IMG/VR virus record: IMGVR_UViG_3300005253_000530
DNA from: a virus
Lineage: Duplodnaviria; Heunggongvirae; Uroviricota; Caudoviricetes
Strand: one strand, 5' to 3'
DNA: 64,000 bases
Each line of letters opens with the position of its first letter. Within the stretch, counting starts at the first letter, position 1. Of the stretch, positions 50,020-61,115 are shown in pieces. The notes beneath the pieces were generated by a model that saw nothing but the letters and a program-made list of their open reading frames with translations, did no database searches and was not told the DNA's origin. The position numbers were made by a program, and so were the translations under genes.

Positions 50020-52312
50020 GATAATCCTCCTTTATTCTATACCTTTTCAGCTAAAACATCTGGCGAGCGAAATATCCTATAATTGGATTTCCATTTATAG
50101 CAGCCTACCGAACAATCTATATGTCCTTTTACAGCTATCTTAGCCAACTTTTCTTCTAGTTCTCCCTTATTGAAACACATTGTTGTCGTACCTCTATCTT
50201 GTATGATATAGACATCTGCACGTTCTATATCTAAGCACTCTATTTCTAATGCCGCGTCTTCTAATTGATCACACATGATAATACCTCCTTTATTCGATAG
50301 TTTAGTCAGGTTCTGGATAGCACAGACACAAATTAGGCAATATAAATACCTTCCTTTTAGCATCGTATTCGAAATCTATTATACTAACTGTGCATTCATT
50401 GCCGTAATGCTTATCCGCCTCAAAGCGGATCATAGCTTCAGGATTTTTCTGTAGAAGCTTTATAAGATCTTTTGATTTTAATGCCATACCTAACCTCTTT
50501 TATCCTTTTAACCATCTACCTAGTTTTTGAGCACCAAGTACTATTGGTGTTATTATCCACATTAGTGGCCCACAAGCTATAATAGCGACAACGTTCTTAT
50601 ATAGATCTTCAGCGGGCAGTGTTTTATCTATGTAGAAAGCACCGGCCGTTATTGCGCCAACTATTGTCCAAAGTATAAGTATTACATACAGCATATCTAA
50701 CCTCCTTTATTCAACGGTTTGTCCTCCTAATACAATACTTCTTTCGAAGTAGCAGAACCGCATTTGGCCCCTTATCTGTTCTGTTCTCTATAAATTACGA
50801 TCTGAGTATAATACCGTCCCAATATATGCAAGATCCTGCTTGCTTATACTGTTTGCAGAACTCATATGCCTGAGCAAATGGTATAAATCCGAATAGGACA
50901 TTTTCTAATCGGTTGGTTCTTTCCTTGACAAACATTTTGTCCTTCATTAATTGAGCAAGTATTTGCGCCTCAATAATTCCGAACGAGATAACTGGGCCAT
51001 TCTTGTACCGAAGGTATGAATGTAGAATAAATCTATTTTCCTTGGATCCTTCCCATATGCGTCTGATCATACCCTCTATATCTGGCACATAGTCTGAATT
51101 CTGGTCTTCCAGTTTGATTGTAAATGTTCTGAAGTTACAGTTCCATTGTACTCTTGGGAATAGAGAGCCAAGGAGCTCGTCTGAAAAACTGAACCGTTTC
51201 AAGAACGGCCTCACCATCTTTATATAGTCCTCCTTACTTTCTCTTGCCCTAATTACTTCACCTAATCTTGACATATCTAATCTCCTTATTTCAAAAATTT
51301 TTGCGGGTAAAGAACGACGCCTTGGATGCTAATCAACACTTTCAATGTTCTTATCTGAAATAATTTTCTTTACTTCGTTCTCCATATTCTCATAATGATC
51401 CATGAGAGTTTCATTGATTCTATTTAGTTTTTCTTGAATAAGTTCTACTGCTTTCTCCTTTATTCGTCTGTCATCTTGTTTTTCTAAGTCTTTAAAGGTT
51501 TTGAGTAACGGAAGTTCAATTCCTTCGATTGTAAGTTTGATATCCCATTTGCCGTCTTTTGGGCGATCCATGCTATTTATAATTTTACGGCCAGACTGTT
51601 TATCTTTTAAAGTTATTGCATGAATAAAAAACCAATCAAAGAGAGAGTTTTCCTTTCGTATATCATCATAGCTGATTTTCATGACAATCCTCCTTTATTC
51701 AATAGGTTTATGTCTCCGCTATATCACAATTATCACATATATCTCTGCAATCGTGGAAGGTGGTTTCTTTCAATACAAATTCCTTATCGTTGGCAACAAT
51801 CTCTATTGTTACTCTATCACCAGGCTCGAAAGCTTGATTAACCATAGCGCCTTCTAATATCTTTTCTATGAAATCTCCACGCCATGTAGTAGCCTGGATT
51901 TTTGACTTACCGTCAGGGCCTTTTACCTCTGTTCTTGCTTTATATTCACCATATTTCATGATTATATCCCCATTTAATTTCCTATATGTACATAAAGATC
52001 TACTAATGTTTTTATGCCAGTTTCTTTACAACATTTGTCGCACAACATATGCATTTCGTCGCTATCTATTATTGTTACTACCCAGAACCACCTTGGCTGA
52101 GCTATTTCACGCCCAATATGTCCTTCTTCTAGTACTATTGGCCGGTTATCATCACGGCATTGATCTTTATTATTCCAATCTACCTTGGCTATATGTATCT
52201 TACCATTCATATATGACCCGCCAACTATAATGCATTCATAAGTAATGCCGGTTTTATGTATATTAGTTTTGTCTCGAACCTTGTTACATTCGAATATTTC
52301 CATAATACACTC

Positions 52313-53200
52313 CTATAAATACTTATATATCAATATTTCCAGATCTTTCAACAGCTGTTTCTCATCAAACGGCTTAAAGATAGCTTTTTCTAAGCTACCA
52401 TAGTGCATCTCCAGACATTCCAGTAGTAATGCTTTGATAGCTCCTTCATCTGGGGAATGTTGTAGCTTACTTTTAGTGTATAGTTCTTCTAAGGATTTCT
52501 CCTTCATTTCGAAGTACTCTACTATCTGGTGCTGTTTCCATTCACCCCGCCGGATAGATTTTAACTGCTCTCTGTTTCTTTCCAGATCTAAGTCCGCCTC
52601 CATCAAGATCTGTTCCACTTCGTTAAGTAAGCGAACAACATGATAGGCAAACTTCACATCGTATCCATATTTTTCTACTAGCTCTTTTCTTTTACCCTCA
52701 GGGTTCTTGGTGTTCATCTTGTGCATCTGACCATATGCGTAGCCTTTGAACTTATGCCAAGATCCCTTATGTAAGAACATTTTTCGGTTTTCACGAACAT
52801 GTTCACCTATCTGAGTGGAATGTATGATACATCTTCTTGGAACGAACAAGCTGTCTATCATATTGGGATTGTTGTCCATACATAACTGAAAGAACTTTAC
52901 TATATTATAGATAGCCAGATCATATTGAATATGTCGTCCATCATTTGAATCTATGTGGTGTTGTTGGTATTGTTCAAATTTCTTTTTCTGCCTACCAAAT
53001 CCTTGGATCTCTCCAGCTAAATGTGGGAATATTAGATCTTTTGGGGGTATAGCAAATCCATATACATCCATATCAGAGTTATCAGAGGAGGCCCCATAAG
53101 CTGTAGATCCCATTATACACTCATAATGTATATTATTTTTGAGGAATGTGGGCGGAGTTATAAGTCCTTTACTGATTAGTATGTCAACTAATGATCCCAT
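52313..53200 (-). CDS. Pol-beta-superfamily nucleotidyltransferase (minimal NTase core + helical C-terminal domain)
   Basis: IMGSTAYGASSDNSDMDVYGF fits GS-x9-13-DxD NTase signature. Confidence 0.6.
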   Translation of the reverse strand: MGSLVDILISKGLITPPTFLKNNIHYECIMGSTAYGASSDNSDMDVYGFAIPPKDLIFPHLAGEIQGFGRQKKKFEQYQQHHIDSNDGRHIQYDLAIYNIVKFFQLCMDNNPNMIDSLFVPRRCIIHSTQIGEHVRENRKMFLHKGSWHKFKGYAYGQMHKMNTKNPEGKRKELVEKYGYDVKFAYHVVRLLNEVEQILMEADLDLERNREQLKSIRRGEWKQHQIVEYFEMKEKSLEELYTKSKLQHSPDEGAIKALLLECLEMHYGSLEKAIFKPFDEKQLLKDLEILIYKYL

Positions 53201-53295
53201 CTTAATTCTCCTCTTCTTCTATTACAGTAATAAGATTGTCGCCTTCGTAATGAGCTTTACCGTGAGATACTTTGTTATATATTTCAGTTATCCAT

Positions 53296-53433
53296 TCAGC
53301 TGTCTATATTATCTTTAGCTTGTTCCATCAGCTTCAGTGCAAATTTAGAATCAGAGTATATAGATTGCATAGCTACCTCTAATTGTTTAATAGATCTTTG
53401 TATTGCTCTTTCTATTTTTATATTACGTTCCAT
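53296..53433 (-). CDS. small protein (44 aa), paralog of 45807..45989
   Basis: Own translation MERNIKIERAIQRSIKQLEVAMQSIYSDSKFALKLMEQAKDNIDS vs MERNKKIETPLENAINQLKTALQCIYSDPNTALKLIGAAKSNLD. Confidence 0.45.
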   Translation of the reverse strand: MERNIKIERAIQRSIKQLEVAMQSIYSDSKFALKLMEQAKDNIDS

Positions 53434-53698
53434 AATATTTATCTTTGTTATTCCTTTCTTTTCTTTTCTTTTCCATCAAAAACTCATCTTCCTTTTCCTT
53501 CCAGGTCCAACTTGTATACCAATTCAACTGAACATAGTTTGTTACACCACAATGTTTGCAAACAAATTCGGACTCTATATTTTTTTCCATTATATATCCG
53601 TCGGCATTGGCTTTTGCATCAGGCACTATGTCGTATTCAAATGGCGTAATCATGCTATCATGTAACCAACCACACTTTGCGCATTTAATCCTCATCAT
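53423..53698 (-). CDS. zinc-ribbon protein, copy 1 of duplicated module
   Basis: MMRIKCAKCGWLHDS...CKHCG; paralog of 58480..58662. Confidence 0.55.
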   Translation of the reverse strand: MMRIKCAKCGWLHDSMITPFEYDIVPDAKANADGYIMEKNIESEFVCKHCGVTNYVQLNWYTSWTWKEKEDEFLMEKKRKERNNKDKYYGT

Positions 53699-53707
53699 AA
53701 ACCTCCA

Positions 53708-53944
53708 TTATTCCTGTACAGTTTTACAACAGTAGATCCACCTAATGTAACGTATTTCCTTTATCAATGCCTTATATAGGGACATTTTACGCACAAGTAG
53801 CTCATCATACCCCCACTCATCAAGCACTTTTTTGAGTGCAAACGCGGCCATGTTTATAATAAAAAACGTTGCCAGCGCGACAATAAGTAATGGTTTGTTA
53901 GTTTTCATTAATAGTTCTCCCCGGGACATTTTTGGTTCGGGCAT
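53708..53944 (-). CDS. small membrane protein, copy 1 of duplicated module (true start probably MKTNKPLL)
   Basis: One TM helix; about 80% nucleotide identity to 58700..58957 over the core. Confidence 0.5.
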   Translation of the reverse strand: MPEPKMSRGELLMKTNKPLLIVALATFFIINMAAFALKKVLDEWGYDELLVRKMSLYKALIKEIRYIRWIYCCKTVQE

Positions 53945-54821
53945 ACAGTATCCATTCCATCATTCTCTGGGAACCATGCTCCGCAATCCGGGCAAAACTC
54001 GTCTTCGTGTTCTTGGTACCAGTCGATAAAGTCCAGATTAGTATCAAAATCTTTGTTAATTAATACCATATCCGATTCTGGTACCCATGCCATCCCACCA
54101 TCAGCAGTGTTGGGATCTTTTCTTTTAAAATCTTTCACCCCTTTACCAAGAAGCATTACAGAAAAGTCGCTTTGGCTTCTTTCAACTAAAAGAACTTCAC
54201 GTCCTCCAAAACTTTCTCGCCATGAGCTTTCATTAGCAAAAAATCTAGGCCCTGTTTGTTTTGGCTTTTCTTTGATAGTTAGAATACGAGCCCGACAGCC
54301 AATAGTAAGTCGTTGTTTCTTTTTCATCATAATTCTCCTATAGACCGATTAGAAACCATTTTGCACATAATCCCAGCATAAATTGCATGCTCTACAAGTT
54401 CTATCTGATGCTGACTCACCCTCGCACATACAAACCAAATCTTGGCCACATATTGGACAGATTCTGACATTGACACAGCGTTTTTCGTATTCACGCTGTT
54501 TGACTTTCTTAAGTATCTCAGCTTTTTCTTTTTCCGTGACATACTTTCCTCTAATTTGCATTCCCAGCAAAATAGCCTTAATACTTGTGTTCATCATAAT
54601 CCTCCCCCATTGTCTTTCCACTATAAATGTTCTGGTTTTATCGCAAAAACTGCTTATAAAATTTATTGTACTTAACCATACTATGCATTACTTTCCTACA
54701 GTTTTTACATGTAACTTTCTTACCAGACCGTTTTGCGTGACTTATGTTTATTCCACACATCGCTAAATATTCCCTATTAATCCCCTGCCTCAAATGTACT
54801 TTGTTAAGTTTGCAGAACATA

Positions 54822-56192
54822 TTATAGTCCTCCCATTGTAAATGCTCTAAGTATTAGTTCGTACATTAGTTTATCGTTGGTAGGGTCCAGTTCGTTATCT
54901 ATTATATGATCTTCTACCTGCTGTATGATCTGGCCTACGATTGGCCCAGGTTTTATACCTACGATCTCCATTACTCTTTTTCCACTTACCAGCTTTTTTG
55001 GTTTTTTAGTTACTTGGTCATGCCACTTCTCTGTAATTTCATATACCCGCTTCATTTCTTCTTCAAACTTGCCTTTATGTTTGAACTTTTCACCTCGACA
55101 AAACTCGTCCACTCTGGCAACCTCGGCCAGTACATCAAAATTCCCACTACCTACAAGTCTGGCAATTTTAGACGGCTTCATCTCTGATAGGTAGTGTAGT
55201 TTCATATGGTTTGCAGCTGCAAATACAATACTTTCTTTATGATACAGGCTGAATTTAAGCCTATCACATATATCGGCTGCCATCTTTGCACTATGGTATT
55301 CATGTCTTTTATAAGTAGGGTTTCCATCTATTTCTTCGAAAGTGACACATTTGCCTATATCATGTAAAAGGACAGCTATCTTGTAGATAGGATCTCCTTC
55401 CTTCATTAGATTAAGACATGCTATCACATGACCAAAAACGGTCGGGCTTTCAGGATGATACTCCATATTGTGTTCAAAGCATTTCATATCCCATACTTCC
55501 GGAAGTATCAGCTTAAGTAATCCTAAATCATCAAGTATAAGTATAAATCTTGCAAACTGAAGACCGGACTTTTTAGCAGCTTTTATTATTTCCACACGTA
55601 TTCTTTCTGGTGTGACCTTATGTATGAGTTCAGATAGATCTATTACAGCTTGCTTGGTTCTTTCGCCCAAAAAAAAACCTTCGAAGGCTGCAAATCTCGC
55701 TGCCCGTATCATTCTTAAGTGATCTTCTTGAAATCTCTTATAGGGATCTCCTACTGCTCTAACCAGCTTACTTTGTATGTCTGCTGTGCTACCTACATAG
55801 TCTATAAAAACTCCATTACTATCGAGACCAAGAGCATTTATAGTGAAATCTCTTCTGACAACATCCTGCTTGAAATCATTCACTATTTCTACACTGTCAG
55901 GGCGTCTACCATCCTTATACTCACCATCTGAGCGAAACTGAGCCACTTCAAACATAAACTCGGCCCATCTGACTGTGAGTATACCAAAGTTTTTGGACTT
56001 TCCTATATTGTAGGCCGTAAAGTTCTTTTCCAGGATTTCTATTGGGCAATTAGTGGCTATATCCACATCATTACTTACTTTATCAAGCATAAGATCTCTC
56101 GGTGTGCCTCCCACTATGTAAGCCTTATATCCAAGCTCTTCTATTCTTTTCAGGAGGTCTATACCAGTATCTAATAGATTGTTAGTTTTCAT
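54822..56192 (-). CDS. cca: tRNA nucleotidyltransferase (CCA-adding enzyme) with HD domain, catalytic motifs intact
   Basis: YIVGGTPRDLMLDKVSNDVDIAT (GGxxRD + DxD), RDFTINAL, ... LLHDIGK HD motif. Confidence 0.8.
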   Translation of the reverse strand: MKTNNLLDTGIDLLKRIEELGYKAYIVGGTPRDLMLDKVSNDVDIATNCPIEILEKNFTAYNIGKSKNFGILTVRWAEFMFEVAQFRSDGEYKDGRRPDSVEIVNDFKQDVVRRDFTINALGLDSNGVFIDYVGSTADIQSKLVRAVGDPYKRFQEDHLRMIRAARFAAFEGFFLGERTKQAVIDLSELIHKVTPERIRVEIIKAAKKSGLQFARFILILDDLGLLKLILPEVWDMKCFEHNMEYHPESPTVFGHVIACLNLMKEGDPIYKIAVLLHDIGKCVTFEEIDGNPTYKRHEYHSAKMAADICDRLKFSLYHKESIVFAAANHMKLHYLSEMKPSKIARLVGSGNFDVLAEVARVDEFCRGEKFKHKGKFEEEMKRVYEITEKWHDQVTKKPKKLVSGKRVMEIVGIKPGPIVGQIIQQVEDHIIDNELDPTNDKLMYELILRAFTMGGL

Positions 56193-56668
56193 AGCTCTCC
56201 TTCATCCTCCTCCCACTCCTCGTAGAGTTCTCCTTCTATGTCTACGATTTTGAAACTGGTACGTATTTTTAATCCAAAGGTACTAAATTCTTTTTGAAAA
56301 AATATACCTGGATAATCATCATCTATCCAGTAATATGTGTCATGATCTATTTCGTACGACTCTTCGTCTGCCATAACAATAGTATGATTTTGAGCATGAA
56401 ATACATCCACTTCCTTATAAGTACCGTACTCATATCTTACTGGTACAACTAAACATAATATTACACTAAGTGCCGTAACTACTATTAAAACTGTAAAACC
56501 GCACCACATTATCTTTTCGCCTATTATTTGATTCTGGTGTTGTTGATTCCGAACACTAATACCAGACAACAGTTTGTGACGGCTATATCCTTGTAAAGTC
56601 ATGTTATATCCGAATGCAATAGCCATTATGCTTACGGATATAAGTATTATTGATATTAGCATTATCAT
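56189..56668 (-). CDS. membrane protein (2 TM), translationally coupled to cca
   Basis: Hydrophobic N-terminal and central helices; acidic C-terminus. Confidence 0.45.
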   Translation of the reverse strand: MIMLISIILISVSIMAIAFGYNMTLQGYSRHKLLSGISVRNQQHQNQIIGEKIMWCGFTVLIVVTALSVILCLVVPVRYEYGTYKEVDVFHAQNHTIVMADEESYEIDHDTYYWIDDDYPGIFFQKEFSTFGLKIRTSFKIVDIEGELYEEWEEDEGEL

Positions 56669-57005
56669 TATAAGATCCTTCTATTTATTCTATATTACAC
56701 CTATAATCTACCTTCTTCGTAATGTCCGGTACCACTATCTTGCCGCCTTTGATTATTAGCATAGCTGATCCTTCTTCGCAGTTTAAATCTTCAAGCCACT
56801 CTAAGGGATTATCTACACCACCAGTAAGGGCTTCAACAAACTTCGTGGTTTCATTCGTGTGTGTATCTAACCAGGCTATGAGTTCTTTTTTAGTGAGCTC
56901 GATTATAATTATTTCACCATCTGCCTCTACTAATATGACATGATAAATTTCTTCTGCCATCTCCTGGTCCTCCTGTATATCTTTTATATTACGAAAGTAC
57001 TCATC

Positions 57006-57039
57006 AAAAAAAAAGCCGGGAGTCGTTGTAACGACCCCC
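57006..57039 (-). terminator. rho-independent terminator downstream of SPFH gene
   Basis: Minus strand GGGGGTCGTTACAACGACTCCC hairpin (9-bp stem, 1 mismatch, UACA loop) followed by nine U. Confidence 0.7.
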
Positions 57040-57071
57040 AGCCTTACTTAACAGTCATAACCTGCAAGCGT

Positions 57072-57953
57072 TTACTTACCTATATTGATTAATGGCGTGG
57101 CCTGTGAGGCGCCGTCGGTAATAATGATCGTGTTTCCGTCTATTTTATCGTACAATTTGAGCTTGGCCTCAATTTCTCTCAGCCGGAGATACTCTTTGGT
57201 CAACGACTTGCCCATCACAAGATTATATGTGGCTTCTGCCTCGGCTTCTGCTGCCCTCGTGATCTTCATTTGCTGAGCGATCTTCAATCTGTTCTTCACT
57301 TGTAGTAGCTTGATGGCCTGAGTGGCTTTCTCCCTGCCGATCTCAATCTCTCGCTCTTTCTTAAGGGTCATAGCCCTGGTAATGACGGGGGGATAATCAA
57401 GGTTGGAAGTTACCACCATTGTGATCTCAACTGGAGTACCTTTAACAGCAAGCAATAATTCGTCACGGATAGCCTTTTCGATCTCTTTCCTGTTCTTTCG
57501 GATGTCCGTGGTGTTATACCTTGATACGATACTACGAGCAATGGATACGGCAGGCTTTTGGACATAGGTGTTGTATAGATGCCCAAACGCAAGTCTACCG
57601 GAGTCGCCGATCCATCTGATCTTTGCGCCTTGGCGCTTTAGAACCGCCTTGAGACTTTTACCGTCCTGGATTTTGAGCCTGGATCTTATTTCGAGATCAA
57701 ATTTCATATTCAAATCGTCCAAGCACAGCACTTCCATCTTCTCCGTTTTTGTGACCTCTTCCATTGACACCAATATCATACGGTCTCTATTATAGGCCGT
57801 GTGGTTACCCGGCTGCAACACTTTACCGGTTAAACCATCAGGGGTTTGAACCATACCAATATATCCAGGCGGCACACGCTCGGTACATCCGGCGAACACG
57901 ATAAACAATGCTAAAACTGCAATAAGTGTCATAAATCTTGTAAATATTTTCAT
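57072..57953 (-). CDS. SPFH/band-7 (stomatin/prohibitin/HflKC-like) lipoprotein
   Basis: Signal peptide with lipobox FAGC; SPFH core and coiled-coil C-terminus; local GC content clearly above genome background. Confidence 0.7.
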   Translation of the reverse strand: MKIFTRFMTLIAVLALFIVFAGCTERVPPGYIGMVQTPDGLTGKVLQPGNHTAYNRDRMILVSMEEVTKTEKMEVLCLDDLNMKFDLEIRSRLKIQDGKSLKAVLKRQGAKIRWIGDSGRLAFGHLYNTYVQKPAVSIARSIVSRYNTTDIRKNRKEIEKAIRDELLLAVKGTPVEITMVVTSNLDYPPVITRAMTLKKEREIEIGREKATQAIKLLQVKNRLKIAQQMKITRAAEAEAEATYNLVMGKSLTKEYLRLREIEAKLKLYDKIDGNTIIITDGASQATPLINIGK

Positions 57954-57981
57954 GGGAATATCCTCCTATTCCTGTTTAAGG

Positions 57982-58419
57982 TTATTGGTTTTGATACTTT
58001 TTCTTGATTTCATCAAGATAAGCATCTGCCTCTTCCTGTTCAGCCTTGAAGCCTTCTCTCTGTTTCTTCAAGAACGGATTGACTTTGGCCTCGGCTTCCT
58101 TTTGGATCTCAGCCGGTGTCTTCATATCCGGCGCTTTGTCTACATATTCCATTACGCCGATGTCTGAAGGCAGTTCTTGCGGTGGTGTTCCTGGGCCAAA
58201 TGCGCTGAGGGTAGCAAATAAAAATGCAGCCAAAACGAATGATTTAAACGCTAACCATTTCGTATATGACTTCCATAATCCGTCCTCATCTCGTAAGCTT
58301 ACATAGAGCCTATAGACGGCTATCAATACCCACACACCAAGTAGGATGTAGATAAGGATCTTTAGAAACATTACCCATCCTACTAACCCAGTGCCGATGT
58401 TCAGCAACCAATCTAACAT
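57982..58419 (-). CDS. polytopic membrane protein, probable partner of SPFH protein (NfeD/YqiJ-like role)
   Basis: 3-4 TM helices then charged C-terminus; same GC-elevated block, immediately upstream of SPFH gene. Confidence 0.45.
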   Translation of the reverse strand: MLDWLLNIGTGLVGWVMFLKILIYILLGVWVLIAVYRLYVSLRDEDGLWKSYTKWLAFKSFVLAAFLFATLSAFGPGTPPQELPSDIGVMEYVDKAPDMKTPAEIQKEAEAKVNPFLKKQREGFKAEQEEADAYLDEIKKKYQNQ

Positions 58420-58479
58420 ATTATCCCTCCTTTCTGTTTTTTAGACAAGTTTTATATAGATATACAGTAGGCGTACATC

Positions 58480-58662
58480 TTATTTTCCTATTGTATACCA
58501 TATGATACTTATCTTGTTAACTAGTCCACACTTCCCACACACAAACTTTGAATTTGATCTCTTCCAATTAGAAGACACTTGTCTGGAAGGAACAACGTCA
58601 TATTTGAACGGAGTTGATGTACTATCGTGCATATGCCCACACTTTGCACATTCTATTCTCAT
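58480..58662 (-). CDS. zinc-ribbon protein, copy 2 of duplicated module
   Basis: MRIECAKCGHMHDS...CGKCG. Confidence 0.55.
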   Translation of the reverse strand: MRIECAKCGHMHDSTSTPFKYDVVPSRQVSSNWKRSNSKFVCGKCGLVNKISIIWYTIGK

Positions 58663-58699
58663 TTTCTTACCTCCTTTTAAGTTTTTCTATAACCTTCTC

Positions 58700-58957
58700 C
58701 TATGCTTGTGTAGTTTTACGGCGGTATATGTCCTTAATATAAAGCACCTCATATTTTAATGTTTTAAATAAAGATTGACTGCTTATTAATAGTTCACCAT
58801 ATTCCCACTCATCAAGCACTTTTTTAAGTATAAATGCCGTCATATTTACAATAAAAAATAATAGTAGTGCAACAATAAGCAATGGTTTGTTAGTTTTCAT
58901 CATAATCCTCCCCTGGACATTTCTGATTTGGACATACAGTATCCATTCTATTTTCAT
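58700..58957 (-). CDS. small membrane protein, copy 2 of duplicated module
   Basis: MKTNKPLLIVALLLFFIVNM...; N-terminal extension is out-of-frame remnant of a 140-aa gene's 3' end. Confidence 0.5.
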   Translation of the reverse strand: MKIEWILYVQIRNVQGRIMMKTNKPLLIVALLLFFIVNMTAFILKKVLDEWEYGELLISSQSLFKTLKYEVLYIKDIYRRKTTQA

Positions 58958-60209
58958 TTATTCACCTCCTCCGTTGCTGAACGCTATCTGGGATAGACTT
59001 TTTCCGTCCCAGGCCCTCACTATACTGGGGTGTATCTGAGGCTCTAAATTGTCACTGTTATTGAAATATATTAAAGCTCTGCCTATTTTTTCCTCTATCC
59101 ATTCCGGATTCTTACCTATAAGGGATTGCTCATGGTAGTCTCGTACAAGATGTATTTTAGCAGCTAATCCAGCTTCTCTACCCCAGTACTCTTGCGCTAA
59201 CAGAATGCCTCTTTTATTATGCAAAAAAGTTCGGTGATATTCGGTAAATGTACCAACATCAAATACTTCTGCATATTGATCAAGAAATTTATGAACTTTC
59301 TCGAATGGTCTACCTAATAAGGCTTTACAATCTTTACAATGGTCTTCTATTTGGGCCATACCCATACTCCTTATCTGGTATAATCCACTTCATACTCACC
59401 ATCGTCAAACCAATATTGGTTGATGGTCTCATGGCCTGTCACTGTCAATAGCCCTCGTTTCGTATTGATACTATGGCTTCGTATTTCGTAAACATTGAAT
59501 AAAGCTTCAGCATTATCTCCGTTCGTTATCAAAACGAATCCTGATACATAGTCCAGTACAACTGTTCTGCCATTAGGCCCCGCCATACAGGAAAAGTTTA
59601 CCAATCTGATAGACTTATAGTTGTCACTTTTTGTGAATTTGGTAAGTATTTCTGTTGAATCGTCTATAAGTTCGCCTATTGTTTTATTTTTGTAGTTTTC
59701 TGGCATTTATTTTTCCTCCTTAGTTCCTTCTACATTGCTCGTGCAAGCATAGCCATTATAGATATTGATGCTATACTTAATACAAGTGCTATACATATTG
59801 CTGCCACCGTCGCTCCGGCTATCAGCGCGATAGAATCATAGATTCTTATTCTTTTATCCTGCTTAATGATTCTATTCATACGATTTATTCTATTTATACG
59901 AGAGAATATTATGGATCGATAGGGTCTCATTTTATTCCTGTTTATTGTCACACTCTGAGCAGATAAGGTGGTCTGTTACTTCAGATAATTTCTCGCCACA
60001 TACTATACAATAGGGGTGATAGCATGACTTCTCTATCTTAACAGGAAATGCTGGGTGTCTGTAGTGTTCTGAATTCTCCATTATTTCTTCTCCCTTGTAA
60101 CTCTGCAAAGATATTGTCGATCATTTCCTCATCGTACTCATCAATATAGGATTGTTGCAAAGCACTGGCAATAATATATAAATCAGTATTCTTAGGCATG
60201 TCTTCCTCC

Positions 60210-61115
60210 TTATCCTAACATAGCTCTTTTTAGAAGACTTTGATTTACACTATCGCGCAGTACTTCTTGTGGAAATCGCCTTGCATTTGTTCGTCTTTGA
60301 GCTTTTCTCCAGTCAGTGAATGCCCTAAGAGTACGACTTATATAATTACGTTTATCATTATCTCTAACGTTTTCTAAGTCTCCATTCATCTCTATGTTCA
60401 TATTATCTAATTCATGCTGCTCGCGGAATACAAAATCGCTCTCCACAGCCTGGACAAATCTAATTATACCAGGAGTACTGGCTGATAGATTTATTACCAT
60501 ATGGCCTCTGTATATATTACGTATGGGTACAGCCTGCCGTTGTACTATTACTGTTGGTTGTGTTTGCGTTATTTCCTGTGAAAGACTGGGTGCTATTACC
60601 ATCTTAGATTTTTTCGGTGGCTTATAATATATCAGTTTCTTTGCTGTATAAAGTGGTAATACTATCGGCCTAAACAGCCTAGTTTTTCTAGCTGTGGTAG
60701 TATTTATATATGTATAAAGAACAGGAAAAGCTTCATTCATATTACAAATACGATGCACTTTATCAAGTATTCTTGTTTGTACGCGATCAATTTCCATATC
60801 AGCTGGTCTAAGATCTACATTGATTAATTCCCATAGAGTATTCTTATTCTCAACAAATCGAAAACTATTTGCACCACGACACTTATTTGTACTTGGATAT
60901 ACTAGTCTTTTAGCTTCAGTCTTATAGCAGTAAATATACGCAAATCGTGGTACACTACCATAGTTATAAGTTAATACAACGGCCTCTAAACATGGATATC
61001 TATAAGGTACATGAACGTCAGTGCCTGGACGGTGATATCGAGTATTCCCTTCAACAACCCATACCTCTTTTGTATGTCTTACAACATCATTTGAGTCTTT
61101 TATTAATCTAAACAC
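60210..61115 (-). CDS. hypothetical protein, paralog of 23941..24606
   Basis: Shared YPCLE...VYPSTNKC block. Confidence 0.5.
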   Translation of the reverse strand: MFRLIKDSNDVVRHTKEVWVVEGNTRYHRPGTDVHVPYRYPCLEAVVLTYNYGSVPRFAYIYCYKTEAKRLVYPSTNKCRGANSFRFVENKNTLWELINVDLRPADMEIDRVQTRILDKVHRICNMNEAFPVLYTYINTTTARKTRLFRPIVLPLYTAKKLIYYKPPKKSKMVIAPSLSQEITQTQPTVIVQRQAVPIRNIYRGHMVINLSASTPGIIRFVQAVESDFVFREQHELDNMNIEMNGDLENVRDNDKRNYISRTLRAFTDWRKAQRRTNARRFPQEVLRDSVNQSLLKRAMLG

